NCBI RefSeq assembly: GCF_030684315.1 | Contig: NC_081387.1 | Coordinates: forward strand, 11,200,867 to 11,264,866 | Reading direction: 5' to 3' | Length of the DNA stretch: 64,000 nt | Source: Stegostoma tigrinum | Taxonomy: Eukaryota | Shown: one piece after another, positions 11,509 to 24,571 of the stretch | How the letters are laid out: each line of letters opens with the position of its first letter | How positions within the stretch are numbered: position 1 is the first letter of the stretch | The notes under the pieces: model-generated | What the model was told of the DNA's origin: nothing | Database searches by the model: none | The model's input: the letters and a program-made list of their open reading frames with translations, nothing else | Program-made: the position numbers and the translations under genes

Positions 11509-11928
11509 ATGTCTTGTGATATGGAGAATGGGAATTATGGGGAAGCCCTGGTCTGTTCTCTCTGCCTTGAGTTATTTGTGGAGCCTGTTCTGGTGGGCTG
11601 TGACCGTAATTACTGCCGCACTTGTATTGAGTCCTACAGGGAGGCCCAGGGTGGCAGTATCTGCTGCCCACAGTGCGGTGTGAGTACTGAGCAGCTGGTG
11701 CTGCAGCCCAACCGGGTACTGAGGAACGTGGTGGATAAGATTCGCCGGCTGACCACCCCCCAGCAGGACCTGGCTGAGGATGAGCGGCTCCTGTGCCCGG
11801 AGCACCAGGAGAGGCTGACCCTGGTCTGTGAGACGGATGGTATGATCGTCTGCCTGGTGTGCAGGGACTCGAAACTTCACAAGCAGCACCGATTCAGGGA
11901 GCGGGCTGAATTCCTGGCATCCTGCAAG
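11509..11928 (+). CDS. TRIM-B30.2 gene (TRIM69/XNF7/A33-like), exon encoding RING + B-box2
   Basis: RING CSLC...EPVLVGCDRNYCRTC...CPQC, the PNRVLRNVV linker, and B-box CPEHQERLTLVCETDGMIVCLVCRDSKLHKQH. Donor AAG|GTATGG. An alternative ATG lies at 11521. Confidence 0.93.
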
Positions 11929-12130
11929 GTATGGCCTCCTGCAGGGAGGGGTAAAGGAGGAGAGTCTGCATTTCCTTTCATGTAGCAAACAAATGTGGGT
12001 TGTGTTAACTTTTAATAACTAGCTCTATTGTCATGTTCAGTCATGTGGATGAAGTGATAAGTTTACAGTTGTCACTTATGGCGCTGATTTGGGTGCCAAG
12101 GTACTTGTGTACACAACCCTTAAGTACAAG

Positions 12131-12713
12131 GGGCACAGTGGCTCAGTGGTTAGCACTGCTACCTCAGTGCTAGGGACCTGGCTTCAAGTCAACCTATAGG
12201 TGACTGTGTCAGTGTGGAGTTTGCACGTTCTCCCTGTGCCAGCGTGGGTTTCCTCTGGGTGCTTTGGTTTCCTCCCACAATCCGAAGGTGTGCAGGCTAG
12301 GTGAATCGGCCATTCTAAATTGCTCCTTTTAATGTTCAGGGAGGTGTAGGTTAGGTGGGTCTGGGTGGAATGCTCTCAGATCGGGTGTGGGCTTGTTGGG
12401 CTGAAGGGCTTGTTTCCACACTGCGTGGATTCTATGATACAAATTCTCAGGAGAAAAACACTGTCGATGTGGAGTTTCCATGTTCTCCCTGTGCCTGTGT
12501 GGGTTTCCTCTGGGTGCTTGAGTTTCCTCTCTCAGTCCAAGAACGTGCAGATTAGGTGAGGTGAATTGACCATGCTAAATGTCGCTAAAGTGCCCAGGCT
12601 ACTGCAGGTTGGGAGGGTTAGCCATGGGCAATGTGGATAGGGTGAAATCTTGATCAGCGGATTGGTGCAGACTTGTTGGGTTGAATGGCCTTTATCTGCA
12701 CTGCAGAGATTCT
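12131..12713 (+). mobile_element. Two tandem V-SINE-like elements (second one 5'-truncated)
   Basis: GGGCACAGTGGCTCAGTGGTTAGCACTGCT head at 12131. The core TGTGGAGTTT..TGTTCTCCCTGTG recurs at ~12468. Confidence 0.8.
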
Positions 12714-12924
12714 GAAAGGATTCTGTTTTATCAGTGGGATTTTGATTGTTCCTCAACTTAACGTATCTAGCCTAGCATCCAGTTATAACCTTTCTGGAGA
12801 AGGGTCCAGAGCTGAACTGTCAGCTTTCGTGCTCCCCTGATGCTGCATGGCTTGCTGTTTTCCGTCCCGCTCTACACCTTGTTTTTCCAGTTATAACCTG
12901 TTTCCTTCCTGCCTTCCCCTGCAG

Positions 12925-13020
12925 GATAAAGGAGCGGTGCTCTTAAACTCTCTCAACCAGAAGGTGGTCTCTTTAAAAGATGTGGTGCAAAAACAAGGGC
13001 TAGAGATTGCACAGCTGAAG
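12925..13020 (+). CDS. TRIM coiled-coil exon (96 nt)
   Basis: DKGAVLLNSLNQKVVSLKDVVQKQGLEIAQLK. Canonical 96-nt TRIM exon with CAG|...|GTAAGT. Confidence 0.92.
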
Positions 13021-13069
13021 GTAAGTCAGTCTGATCAGACCATTCTCAAAGGTTAACACTCTCTTCAGT

Positions 13070-13555
13070 CCAATCCTGGTTGCCATCCTACAGGAAGGAG
13101 ATTAAACCGGAGAGGGTTCAGAACAGATTTATGAAGATGTGTCTGGGTTTGAGTAATAAGGATAGGGTGTGATGTTTTCCACTGGAGTGTATGGGGGTAA
13201 AGTGAGTTTCATGGCCTGTAAAATCATGACGGATATGGATTAGTTAATGCCAAGTGTCTTTTCATTAGCGTGGGCGATTTCAATATGGGGGTGTCTTTTT
13301 AAGGTGAGAGGAGAAAGATTAAGATATTGGGGTTGGGCAAACTTTTTTTCTTGTTCCAATGTGGAAGGAACTTCCAGAGGAAATGGTGGATGTGGGTACG
13401 GTTTCAATGTTTAAAGACATTTTGGAAAGGTACATAAATTGGAAAATTTGGAGGGATATGGGCCAAATGCAGGCAGGTTTAGTTTTGGTTTGGAGTTGTG
13501 TTCAGAATAGACTGGTTAGACTGAAGGGTTTGTAAACATGCTGTATGACTCTATG
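13070..13555 (+). mobile_element. Old CR1 LINE 3' fragment
   Basis: Degenerate RT C-terminus (GAGAGGGTTCAGAACAGATTT) and a 3' UTR ending in GCTGTATGACTCTATG. Confidence 0.7.
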
Positions 13556-14049
13556 TAGTTAATTTTGTTTTGATTTTTAAAATGGTTTTTAATTGGATCA
13601 CAGGTTGTCACTTGTCCCTAACGCTCTTGAACCAACTGTTTTGCTCGGCCCTCTTGTGGATAGCTAAGCATCTATCATGTTGCTTTGGGTTGAGAGTCAC
13701 ATAGACCAGAATAGGTGTAGACAGGTTTCCATCCTGAGAAGACACTTGTGGACAAAGTAGGTTTTTTACAGCTGTCATTAATCTTGTGGTCAATGCATTA
13801 CATTCTGAATTTATTTTAACTTGGTTTGAGCTCCTATCCAGGGTTGGCCTAGGCCTGTGGTGTGTTAGTACAGCAATATGTGTTTTTACTTTGGTAAAAT
13901 GACAGTGGCTACCTATTGAAAGTCTGGGCAGAGGGGGCAGGGCTGACTTGTTTAGTAAGGAATGACATTAAATCACCAGCAAAGTGGTCTCTGGTTGGGA
14001 GGCATAAACCTGTTGTAGAGTTGTGCAACGGGGGAACATCTTCCTCATG

Positions 14050-15470
14050 GGAGTTGCGTACAGGTCTCCTAGCAGCCATCAAAATGTGGGTCAGAAATAA
14101 ATCGGGAGATATAAAGGGCGTATCAGAAAAACATGATTACAATAGCCATGGGGCATTTCAATGTGCTAGGGAACCTGGAAAATCAGGTTGTTAATGGATC
14201 CCGAGGAAAAGGATTTGTAGAAAATGTCTGAAATATTGTGTTTGCAGCTGCTTGTGATAGAGCCCACGATGGAATAGGGAATTCTGGATTGCCAATGTCT
14301 AATCGGGGAGCTTTAAAATAAAGGAACCTCCTGGAATAGTGACCATGATATGATAGCCTCTCCCCACTGAAACTGCAGGGTGCATACTGGAGTCAGATGT
14401 AGTGGTATTACAATTGAGTAAAGGTATCTAAAAGACACGAGGGAGGAGCTTGCCAGCGTTGATTGGAAGGGAAGCCTAGCAGGTATGAGAGTGGAGCAGC
14501 AATGGCAGGAGTTTCTGGGGGTAAATTGGGGTCTTTTTCATGATGGCAGCCTCATGGAGTTCTGCAGGGGTCAGTGGGACCACACATGTTGTTATACATT
14601 GCAATCTGGATGCAATGTTTGCAGGTGACATTGGTCATGGGTAGAGTGGAGTTGGAGAGGCTACAGAAGGACTGGGAGCAGCTAGCAGAGAGAAAAGAAG
14701 CAAATGCAATACAGTCTTCAAAAGTGTGAGGTTAAGCACTTCAGTAGGAAGAATAGAGGCATTGACTAGTCTGTAATGGGGAAAGACTTTTGGAAATCTG
14801 AAGCACAAAGGTTCAAGATTCTCTTGGCTAACACACAGGTTCAGTTGGTGGTTAGTGAGACATGTGCGATGTTAGCATTCGTTTCAAGAGGGCTAGAATG
14901 CATGTGCAAGGATGTACTGCTGGTGCTGTATATCTGGCTCTGGTCAGACTGCATTTGGACGATTGAGTAGCTTTGGACCCAGCATCTAAAGATGGATGTG
15001 CAGGTGTTGGAAGGTGCCAGAGGAGGTTTACACGAATGATTCTAGGGCTGAAGGATTTGTCATGAGTGGTTGGTGTCTGAGTCTGTATTCTATGGCATTT
15101 AGAAGGATGAAGAGGTAGCTGACTGAAACGTGAGGAATACTGCGAGACCAAGATAGTGTGGATGTGGAGATGTTGTTCCCACTATTGGGAGAGGCTAGGA
15201 GACAAGGGCATGGTGTCAGAGTGAAGGGCTGACCTTTTTAGAACTGAAATGAGGAGAAATTTCTTCCACCACTGGATCTTTGGAACTCGCTACTTCAGAA
15301 GACTCTGGAGGCCAGTCATTTAAGTACATTGTCAGACAGAGGCCCTTGATTAGTCAGGGGATCAAAGGTTACAGGGAGAAGGCAAGAAACTGGGGTAAAG
15401 AACCCTTCACCATGATTGAGAATGTTCTGTCATTCAGTGGGCCAAATGGCATAAGCTTATTCCCATGTGG
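14050..15470 (+). mobile_element. Old CR1 LINE fragments (APE and RT C-terminal parts)
   Basis: Degenerate matches to the 38-42 kb element: AGTGACCATGATATGATAG, GAGCAGCAATGGCAGGAGTTTCTGGG, ATGTTAGCATTCGTTTCAAGAGGGCTAGAAT. Confidence 0.75.
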
Positions 15471-15856
15471 TCTTGTACATTTCATGCTGAGATGTTGCAG
15501 AATTGTAAGAGATGGATAAATGTAGTTTTTTCTGCAGTGGGGCTGGCACACTGCATGTGGTAGTGGACTGAATGGATGACAATTGTTTGCTGTGCTGTCT
15601 TGATGAAGGACTGTTGCTGAGAGTATTAGGGCAATTACATGCTCTTCAATATTGCTGATGCATTTTTTAACATCCAGAAAGGGCCTCAATTCAATAACTT
15701 ATCCATAATTGAGTTAGCTTCATTGTCATGTACTCAAATGAGTACGGTGAAAAGATTACAAATTGTCATTTACATCACTCAGGTACACGTACTCAGGTTC
15801 AAATTTTTCAGTACCAGTTCTTTGGAGGGGAAAGGACCAGCATTACAGGTCTTAGT

Positions 15857-16590
15857 ACAGTAGAAGTACAAAGGGATCTGGGAGTGTTGGTCCAGGATTC
15901 TCTAAAAGTTAACTTGCAGGTAGAGTCCGTGATTAAGAAAGCAAATGTAATGTTGTCGTTTATCTCAAGAGGGTTGGAATATAAAAGCAGCGATGTGCTT
16001 CTGAGGCTTTATAAAGCTCTAGTTAGGCCCCATTTAGAATACTGTGTCAAATTTTGGGCGCCACACCTCAGGAAGGACATACTAGCCCTGGAGCGTGTCC
16101 AGCAGAGATTCACACGGATGATCCCTGGAATGGTAGGTTTAACATATGATGAATGGCTAAGGATCCTGGGATTGTATTCATTGGCGTTTAGAAGGTTGAG
16201 GGGAGATCTAATAGAAACTTACAAGATAATGTATGGTTTAGAAGGGGTGGACGCTAGGCAGTTGTTGCCATTAGGCAGGGAGACTAGGACACATGGGCAC
16301 AGCCTTAAAATTAGAGGGGGTAAATTTAAAACTGAAATGAGCGACATTTCTTCAGCCAGAGAGTGGTGGGCCTGTGGAATTCATTGCCACGGAGTGCAGT
16401 GGAGGTTGGGACGTTAGGTGCCTTCAAGGCAGAGATCGACAAATTCTTGATCTCAAGAGGAATCAAGGGCTACGGGGAGAGTGCAGGGAAGTGGTGTTGA
16501 AATGCCCATCAGCCATGATTTAAATGGCGGAGTGGACTTGATGGGCCGAAAGGCCTTATTTCCACTCCTATGTCTTATGGCCTTATGGTC
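15857..16590 (+). mobile_element. 5'-truncated CR1 LINE of the same subfamily as the 38-42 kb copy, in a TRIM intron
   Basis: QRDLGVLV...LYKALVRPHLEYCV.FWAPH...LERVQQRFTRMIPG. Very similar to the reverse complement of ~37950-38660. Tail TCTTATGGCCTTATGG. Confidence 0.93.
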
Positions 16591-16937
16591 ATAGGAAAAA
16601 ATGAGAAAATAGAGGAAGAAAAGATCAGAACAAGTCCTTCCAACGCAGTTATGAAGTGGTCCCTCTGACATTGTCATCCCCCTCGAATACACTGCTGGTG
16701 CTGATTTTGGTCTGAAGTTTGTGGAATGAGCCTTGAACTGACTTGAACGATTGGGCCCAAGGTGTGCATTTTCCGATTTGCCACCTCGGACAATATTGAG
16801 CTTTCTTTTTTCAAAAAAAAAACTTTTAATGCCTAGTTTGCTTGAACACAAACAGTTGATTCTCCTAACAATCCTGTCTGAAATCCAAAGCAATCCACGT
16901 GTGTTTTTTTTTGAAAATTTCCCCTCTTCACCTCCAG

Positions 16938-17168
16938 GATATGGGCTGCAGTCTGATCTGCCACATTGCTCAGCAGTTTGCTGACCTGCACAGATTCCTC
17001 AATGAGCACGAACAACAGCTCCTGGAGAAGCTGGAGGCTCATGTGGAAGGCCACCTGGTGGGAATGGAAGGAAACCTTATAAAGCTACGGGCGATACTCT
17101 TCTCCACTGAGCAGGACATTTTAAGCATTGAGGCCAAATTGGATCAAGGCGACTTGGCATCTCTTAAG
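16938..17168 (+). CDS. TRIM coiled-coil exon (231 nt)
   Basis: DMGCSLICHIAQQFADLHRFLNEHEQQLLEKLE...GDLASLK. Canonical 231-nt TRIM exon with AG/GT. Confidence 0.93.
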
Positions 17169-17466
17169 GTATGTTCCTGATCTTTACTACCTTCCCCTCT
17201 CCACCCCCATTGATTCTGGTTTCAGGTGATCTGTTTCCCCCCTCCAGTATCCCCAATAGCACAGGGATTGTGAACATCTGTCACTTAGCTTCTGGGTGGC
17301 CCACCAAAAAACATTCTGTAGGCATGTTTTTTGTTTTTAAACCTGTTGCTGATGTCTGAGGGGTTTCAATGAGTTTTTTTATATCCTCTTATCTCAGTCA
17401 CCACCTTCTCATTTTTTGCCCCTATTTCTCCCTGCTCAATTTCATCTTGACTGCAGTATCTGCATC

Positions 17467-17777
17467 ATAGAATCACAGCTTCCCTCGAGTGTGGAAGCAG
17501 GCCACTCAGCCCACCGAGTCCATACTGACCCTCTGAAGAGGGTCTCACCCAGACCAATTCCCTGCCATGTAGCAATCTACATGCCCCTAGACCCTGTGGC
17601 CATGCTAAATTGCCCAGTCTACTCAACCTGCACATATTTGGGCTGTGGGAGGAAACTGGAGCACCCAGAGGAAACCCATGCTGACGTGGGGAGAACGTAC
17701 CAACTGAACACAGTTGCCTGAAGATGGAATCAAACCCAGGTCCCTGTGAGGCAGCAGTACTAATCACTGAGCCACCC
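17467..17777 (-). mobile_element. V-SINE-like element
   Basis: GGAGCACCCAGAGGAAACCCATGC core and CACTGAGCCACC head (reverse complement). Confidence 0.8.
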
Positions 17778-18852
17778 AAGAAGTTGCTTCTGGGCTCTGC
17801 CTCACCATTTTGATTTGACTTGTTAGTGAAGGGTATGACTTCTTCCCTGGCCCCCACCCCTCAATCTCAACAATGTCTTAATTTTTTTTTTAAGAAATGA
17901 CAGCAAGTGTGGAAACTGGTCACTGACATACTTACCAGTTCTGACCAGCAGCAAGGTGTGACTTGTGTTAATCTTTTTGAGAATCAGGATAGTCTGGCAC
18001 ACTTAGAGGATATTCAGCCCACTGAGCCTGTGCTGCATTGTGTCCCCATCCCAAACCTGTTTCTTTACCCAGTGTGACATTAAACTGCATGTGCTGAAGA
18101 CTAGTGGATTGTGCTAAACAGCTTTGATTATTCACAATGAGGAAAGTATGGACCACCTCCGACATGCCCAACCACTTTGTAGTTGCAAAATCTGCACCAG
18201 TGTCCAATGTTGGATGTGATTCTACATTTGAGACAACACTTGCTAAATAATACCAGCTGTCAGTGTAATTCTTTATGCAAATAGCTTGGGATTGTAGTTG
18301 ATTTTCCATGCAGTGCACTTGCATGTACCGTAAGCTACATATAAAGGCCTGCTTTTTGCATTTGTTTTAACTCGGTAAAATAGGTGCCGTCCACTTTTCT
18401 GGCTCATCTCTTGAGGTATTGCTGTGAACAATCTGTCAACCTGCCAAATTAGCATTGAAACAAAACCTGGCATGGCTAAGTGTTAACTGCTACATTCGCT
18501 ACTGCCATACTCTCCCAATTAATCCACTAGCTACCCAATGAATGGCCCTGATATGCACAGATGCAAGACTTGAAGCTTTGTATCATTAAACCACGGTTTG
18601 AGTAGTCAAATGGAATGACCAGAGCCTTTGTGGCCTAATCTCAATACTTCAAAAACTAATCAAAAAGATGATATAACATAGAACAATATTTTGCCAAACT
18701 CGGGAAGCAAAGTGTTGATCTGTTGTGTCTGGTACAGAATGTGGAATTGTTAAAAGTGCACTGTTTCAAGATAATTTTTTCTTGCAGATGTTTTTGTTCT
18801 GTGGAAATACACTGACAAACTAACCTCTTTCGTTTTTGTTCCTCTCTTCAAG

Positions 18853-18875
18853 GAAGTTAGCTCTTGGAGGGACAG
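18853..18875 (+). CDS. TRIM 23-nt micro-exon
   Basis: Polypyrimidine tract + AAG|GAAGTTAGCTCTTGGAGGGACAG|GTACGC. The canonical 23-nt size supplies the phase required by the next exon. Confidence 0.85.
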
Positions 18876-20362
18876 GTACGCATTCTTAATTCACATTGCT
18901 TGGGTAAACATTCCAGGATCTAGATCCTGTTGTACTAACTCCCACTTGCTACAGCGTTGGCTTTTATTGCAGAGAATCGAATTTAGACATGAGGAAATCT
19001 TACAATTGTATGCGGCTTTTGGTGTGACCACACGTAGAATATTATGCAAAGCTTTAGCTTCCTACCAGTGTCCATTTACTTAAGCACAGTGCAGCAAAAG
19101 TTCACTTCACTTCCTGACTTGCATTCTCATTTGAAGCGACTATGTTAGACATATTTTGAATTTAGTAAAGCAAGCTATTCTCCACCTTCAGTTAGGATCT
19201 ATGACCAGTGTAGATGCTTAAAAGACTGTTAATTGGATGCAGTGTCAAGAACTAGGCTTCATTACTCAAGGCTAAGTGGATGAGTTTTTGGACTAGGATG
19301 AGAAATATCTGGACTTAAAAAGCGTTGCTTGCATAGAGTTCTGATACTCGGCCGTTCTGCATGTTTGCAGATGGGGAAGGAGTACAAAATTTGGTGAAGT
19401 AGAGGATCAGCTGTGGTTTAATTCACTCTTTTTGGATGTTGTTGACTGGGTTGGTTAGAGGTTAACTTTTTTGATAAGGGAGGTGATATTTCCAATTGAG
19501 ACTTGATGTGGTTCAGTCTTTAGAAATAAATCAAAACATGATTGCAATATGTCAATCAAACCTCATTCAAGAAAGTTATAAAGCTCATTAACTGCTTCCA
19601 AATGGATATAAATAAACTTCCAGAGAACTTTTCTTCTGGTCCAATAATGTTTCAGTTTTTGTTTCAATTAACTGTTTGCTGAAAGTGGTGAGCTGCCTTC
19701 TTGAATCAGTTTTCCAGTAGGTGTGTATATATACCCACTGTACTTTTACAGAGTGATTGTTAGCTTTAAAGGTACTCTTGTTAAATTAACAGCTAACCAG
19801 GGCATTGGTGAAATCTATCTCTGGCCAGATTGAGCTTGCTGATAAGCTCTTGGCAGTGGGATTTTCTATTGGGATCAAATGCGACTGGCTGCATTTCTTT
19901 GACAACAAGAGTAGATTCCAGGTGCTCCCAAAGGATTCTGTGGGTGTAACGATATTTCTCCTGTTTAGACGTCCTCCTTTTGTAGTGATGGTGTCTTCCA
20001 GGTGTTTATCCAATTCCAAAACTCACCATTTTGAGAGAAACTGAGAAAAGCTGCTGCTCCAGGCAGGTTTGACTGTTCCAATTCCTCAGTTTTTATTACA
20101 CTTAAATTAATCCTGAGATCTAAGTTTTGTAGACTAATGATGCTAGCCACACGGCTTGTTCTCAGCAACATTCCTGCTGTGGCCAATATTCTTTGTCTTT
20201 GGAAGATGTTCACTTTTTTTGTTTTTGTTTGTTAGCTGGAGCAATTTAGAATAATAAACTATTGTTATAACATTTGGTTAGGCTGAAACGGGTGTATAGC
20301 CTAAAACTCCTAGTCTTTGTTCTTCTGCCCTTGTATTTTCTAACACGTTGTCCTGTTAGCAG

Positions 20363-20472
20363 GCTTTCTGAAGAGACGCCCACTGTTCTGCCAGGGAATG
20401 TGTGCCTGGGAACATATAAAGGTCCATTACAGTACAAACTATGGAAGGAAATGAAGAATGTCATCCATCCAG
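20363..20472 (+). CDS. TRIM linker exon (110 nt)
   Basis: LSEETPTVLPGNVCLGTYKGPLQYKLWKEMKNVIHP contains the GxYKGPLQYxxWKEM motif typical of TRIM69/XNF7/A33-type TRIMs. Confidence 0.92.
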
Positions 20473-21854
20473 GTAAATGAATGTATTGTCTCCACCTGTA
20501 ATTCTGTATCTAGGTTAATGGGAGTAATTAACTGTGTGCCCTAGTTTTTGAGTAACGAACAAATTGTTGGAAAAGCTCAATAGGTCTGGCAGTATTTTTG
20601 GAGTGAAATCAGCTAATGTTGCAGGTCAGGTGATCCTTCCTCAAAATAATGAGTTCTGAGGAAGAGTCACTGGGCCTCAAACTGATTTCTATACAGATGC
20701 TGCCAGACCTGCTGAGCTTTTCCAACGAGATAACAAGGTGTACAGCAGGCCGAGCAGGAAGGCTGACGTTTTGGGCCTGGACCCTTCCTCGGGGGAAAGA
20801 AATCTCTCTTATTTTTTCGTTTGACTTCCAGCGTTTGCAGTTGTTCCAGTGTTTACTGGAACCACAAGTGATTCTTTCACTGTTATCTTCTCTGTTAGGG
20901 ACAGTACCACTGTGCCTCATCTCTGGACTTGAGTTCTGGGTTCTAGACCCACCCATGCCACTCTGAGAGAGGGGTTTTTCAAAACATAAAATCTTTGTAT
21001 CCGTGGAATTCATTTGACACAGTCAGTCATTTGGCACAAACTGTTTGGTATTTTGCACTTAGCTTGGTGATGTGGATCAGGGCATATGATTGGGAATATT
21101 TTCTCATTGGAATCAAATACTAACATGAGCTAGCTAAGCTGACGGTGCCTTCTACATGGAGAGTGGCAGCAACTTTATGAAACTTTAAATGTTGTTTAAC
21201 TTTTTTTGTGTAGTCCTCACACTTTCAATTTGTGCAGATGCAGTTTGCTGACACTGGTTTGTCATTTAGTTGTAACTATAACAAATTACAATGGACATAC
21301 TTTTGTTTCTTCCTTGAGGGAACCAGTGTGTAGAACCATTCCAATATTGAATAGGAAAGGAATGCTGACTTTTCTTTTGTTTAAACTGTTATCACTTTAT
21401 CCCAAGCCTGTCCTACTTGAGGGCAAAAGGACCATTTTGCTGTTATTTCAAATTAACTCATTTGCGTATTTGGCAGTGTTTACCAGACCAGCATGGCATC
21501 CGTTTTAGTTGCATCCAGTGGAATGATCTGAGATGCTCTTGACAGATTCACTGCCACCAATCTTCCCTGATGGTATTGATCTAAAGTTATTGATAACTAG
21601 CAGTAAAGGATGCCCACGTGGTCTCTAGCAGGTGAGAGAACAGGTTTTGGTGAGATTAGGTTTATTACCTGGACTCTTGTAACTCCAGTAATGGCTATTG
21701 ACTGAAGTACGATCCAAGGATACAGCTGAGTAAGCGTTAGTTCTGCTGAAAGTCTGGTACACCGGATGTTGGCTCTTTCCCACGAACAGCCCTTCGTTGT
21801 TGAAAGGCTGGGGGTGGGGGGGAGATAATGCTGTCAGACAACCCTCTTCCATAC

Positions 21855-22320
21855 CAAAGTGTGGAGCTGGATGAACACAGTAGGCCAAGCGGCATCTCAG
21901 GAGCACAAAAGCTGACGTTTCGGGCCTAGACCCTTCTTCAGAGAGGGGGATGGGGAGAGGGTTCTGGAATAAATAGGGAGAGGGGGGAGGCGGACCGAAG
22001 ATGGAGAGAAGAGTATGGTAGGTAGGGGATAGGTCAGTCCAGGGAAGACGGACAGGCCAAGGAGGTGGGATGAGGTTAGTAGGTAGGAAATGGAGGTGCG
22101 GCTTGGGGTGAGAGGAAGAACAGATTAGGGAAGCGGAGACAGGCTGGACTGGTTTTGGGATGCAGTGGGGGGAGGGGATGAGCTGGGCAGGTTGTGTGAT
22201 GCAGTGGGGGGAGGGGGGGAGGGGAGATTTGAAGCTGGTGAAGTCCCCATTGATACCATTGGGCCGCAGGGTTCCCAAGCAGAATGAGTTGCTGTTCCTG
22301 CAACCTTCGGGTGGTAGCCA
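21855..22320 (-). mobile_element. Penelope-like element 3' fragment (GIY-YIG C-terminus + pLTR with hammerhead core)
   Basis: Minus strand reads RRLQEQQLI / FCLGTLRPNGINGDF, the typical PLE endonuclease end LGTLxPxGxN, followed by CTGAAGAAGGGTCTAGGCCCGAAACGTC. Confidence 0.8.
21914..21941 (-). ncRNA. Minimal type-I hammerhead ribozyme core (intact core nucleotides, weak stem I)
   Basis: CUGAAGA-A-GGGUC(UA)GGCCC-GAAA-CG-UC on the minus strand. Confidence 0.65.
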
Positions 22321-23089
22321 AGGTGACATTTTTTTTTGGTTTGGGTGATCCAGCAAATTGAATTGGAGCTGCAATAATGAAATTGTTGTCATGTAGAACT
22401 TTAGCAGTGTAATTAACAATTGTAGCAACAGACTGTGATCAGTGGTCTCTTCACAGTCTGAGTGGGTATGGACTGTTAGCTGAAGCCAGGGGAGGTTTTG
22501 GAGTTTGAGATCTAGTCTTGTAGCATTGGTGGCATATAGCACAGAAACAGACCATTTGGTCTGGCACATGCCAGGCATTGTATTCTGGATCCAATTTGAT
22601 TGGTCAAGCTTGAAACAAACCCATTTTATTCATAGTTAAAATTCAGTAAATAGGTAAGAATTTGGAATGACGTAACTATTATTGGAAAAATGAACAGAAT
22701 AATAGATTATGTAACTACTAAACACTAGTAACGTAGTAACATTCCACAAATGCATCTCTGACAATGGCAAATTCAGTGAAATAGGTTGTCTCTCATGCAA
22801 TTCTGCAGACCAAGAGAAAAGATATCAAAAGCAAACAGTATGGGGAAGAGATATGCAGCTTCAAAACCACCACTACTACTGAAAAACTAAAACAAAAAAA
22901 TCTTGGATCTGTGGGAGGTTGCTTCTATTATTTCAACACTTGGATTTTTTTTTAAATAGCACTCTCAAGCTGTTCACTTTATCAGCTGAATGTACAGACT
23001 GGCACCTTTTTTTTTGTCTCAACTTTTTTCCAATTAAAACCAGACAAAATACACTTCCAAGCCATAGTATCGTACTTCCATAATCCCCT

Positions 23090-23380
23090 TCCAAATGCAT
23101 GACCACTTCCATCTAGAAGGACCAGGGCAGCAGATGTATGGGAACGTAACCACCTTCAAGATTTCCTCTGAGCCACTCACCATCCCGATTTGGTAATGGA
23201 TCGCTGTTCCTTCACTGTCGCTGGGTCAGAACCCTGTAATTCTCTCCTAATGGAATTGTGGGTCAACCCACAGCAGGTGAACTGCGGTGGCTCAAGAAGG
23301 GAGCTCACCACCTTCTCAAGGGCAACTAGGGACAAACAGTAAGTACTGGCCAGCCAGCAATGCCAGTGTCCCACAAATGA
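23090..23380 (+). mobile_element. LINE (L2-like) 3' end
   Basis: Same family as 2740-3085; ends in GGGACAAACAGTAAGTACTGGCCAGCCAGC...ATGAA. Confidence 0.6.
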
Positions 23381-23761
23381 ATTTTTTAAAAAAAACTGAA
23401 CCCATATCTACCACTCCTCTGGAAGTTCATTCCATAAGAAATGTTTGTTCTCTGATCATTGGGCACTCAGATTTGAGTAATGAGCTTTTTTTTGACTATA
23501 AACTTCTTTTTAAAAACATGCTCTTTACATTTTCCCCTCCAGGATCTTTGTATGGTTGAAATTATCCAGCTGCTAAATCAAACAGGTATGACCTCAGCCT
23601 GTCCAACTTCATACAGCCCTGACTCCCTTTCCAAACCACCTCCTTTACAGATATTAATCAAGCAAATCTTCTTTAACTTTCCTCAATACAATTAAATCCA
23701 TACTATTCAAGTGACAAATTTCCTTTGGGATGCCACATTGCCACCATGTCACCCAGTTGAC

Positions 23762-24030
23762 CAAAGTGGTTAGCACTGCTGCCACTGTGCCAAGCATATA
23801 GGTTCAATTCCAGCCTCGCGTGACTGTATGGAGTTTGTGCATTCTTCCCATGTATGCATAGGTTTCCTCCCAAGGGCTTCAGCTTCATCCCACAGCCCAA
23901 ATATGTGCCAGTGAGGTGGATTGGCCATGGGAAATGCAGGGTTACAGGGATAAGTGGGTCCAGGTTCTCTGTGGGATGCTGTTTTAGAAGGTTGGTACAG
24001 AATTAATGGGCCAGAATGGTCTCTTTCCGT
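23762..24030 (+). mobile_element. V-SINE-like element
   Basis: GTGGTTAGCACTGCTGCC, GGTTCAATTCC, TATGGAGTTTGTGCATTCT. Confidence 0.75.
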
Positions 24031-24571
24031 ACTTAGTTCTACGAAACTGCCTACAAAACACTGTTGTAATCCAGATTCCAACAACTTGCTGTTTTTTTTA
24101 AATATTATCATCTTCTTCTTCTTGAATTACCTTAAATCTGGATCCACTTGTTCTCTACCCTATCATGAGTGGCAATATTTTCTCTTTGAACTGTCCTGGC
24201 CGCTTGTCATCTTGAATACTTTAGTTATATTGACCTTCTAAAACCTTTCCAACATATCTGATCTGTCTTTATAACTGAAACTTCCCCATCCTGGAAACCA
24301 CCTTGATAATACCTTCATTCTCTCATGCCCTACTATCCTTGCTAAAGGAGAACACTCAATTCTCTAATATACTCCAGTTGTGGTCAAACTACTGTCTAAC
24401 TTTCAAATAACATCCTTGCTTTTGTGTACTGTTTATTAATAAAGTCAAAGGTACAGTGTGCTTCAATCTGCTGTGCACACTTTTAAACATGTGACCCTGC
24501 ACCCTGGTTCCTCTGACTTGTGCCTGGCTTGATGTGTTTTCCCTTGAACACTGGGAGACTGTACTTGTAGC

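Noticed and set aside
12131-12200. tRNA-like sequences (also ~26750-26810 and other SINE heads)
   Set aside because: A/B-box heads of SINEs without a full cloverleaf, so not tRNA genes.
21625-22578. 317-aa ORF
   Set aside because: A chance read-through of a low-complexity Penelope fragment; only the short GIY-YIG tail is meaningful.
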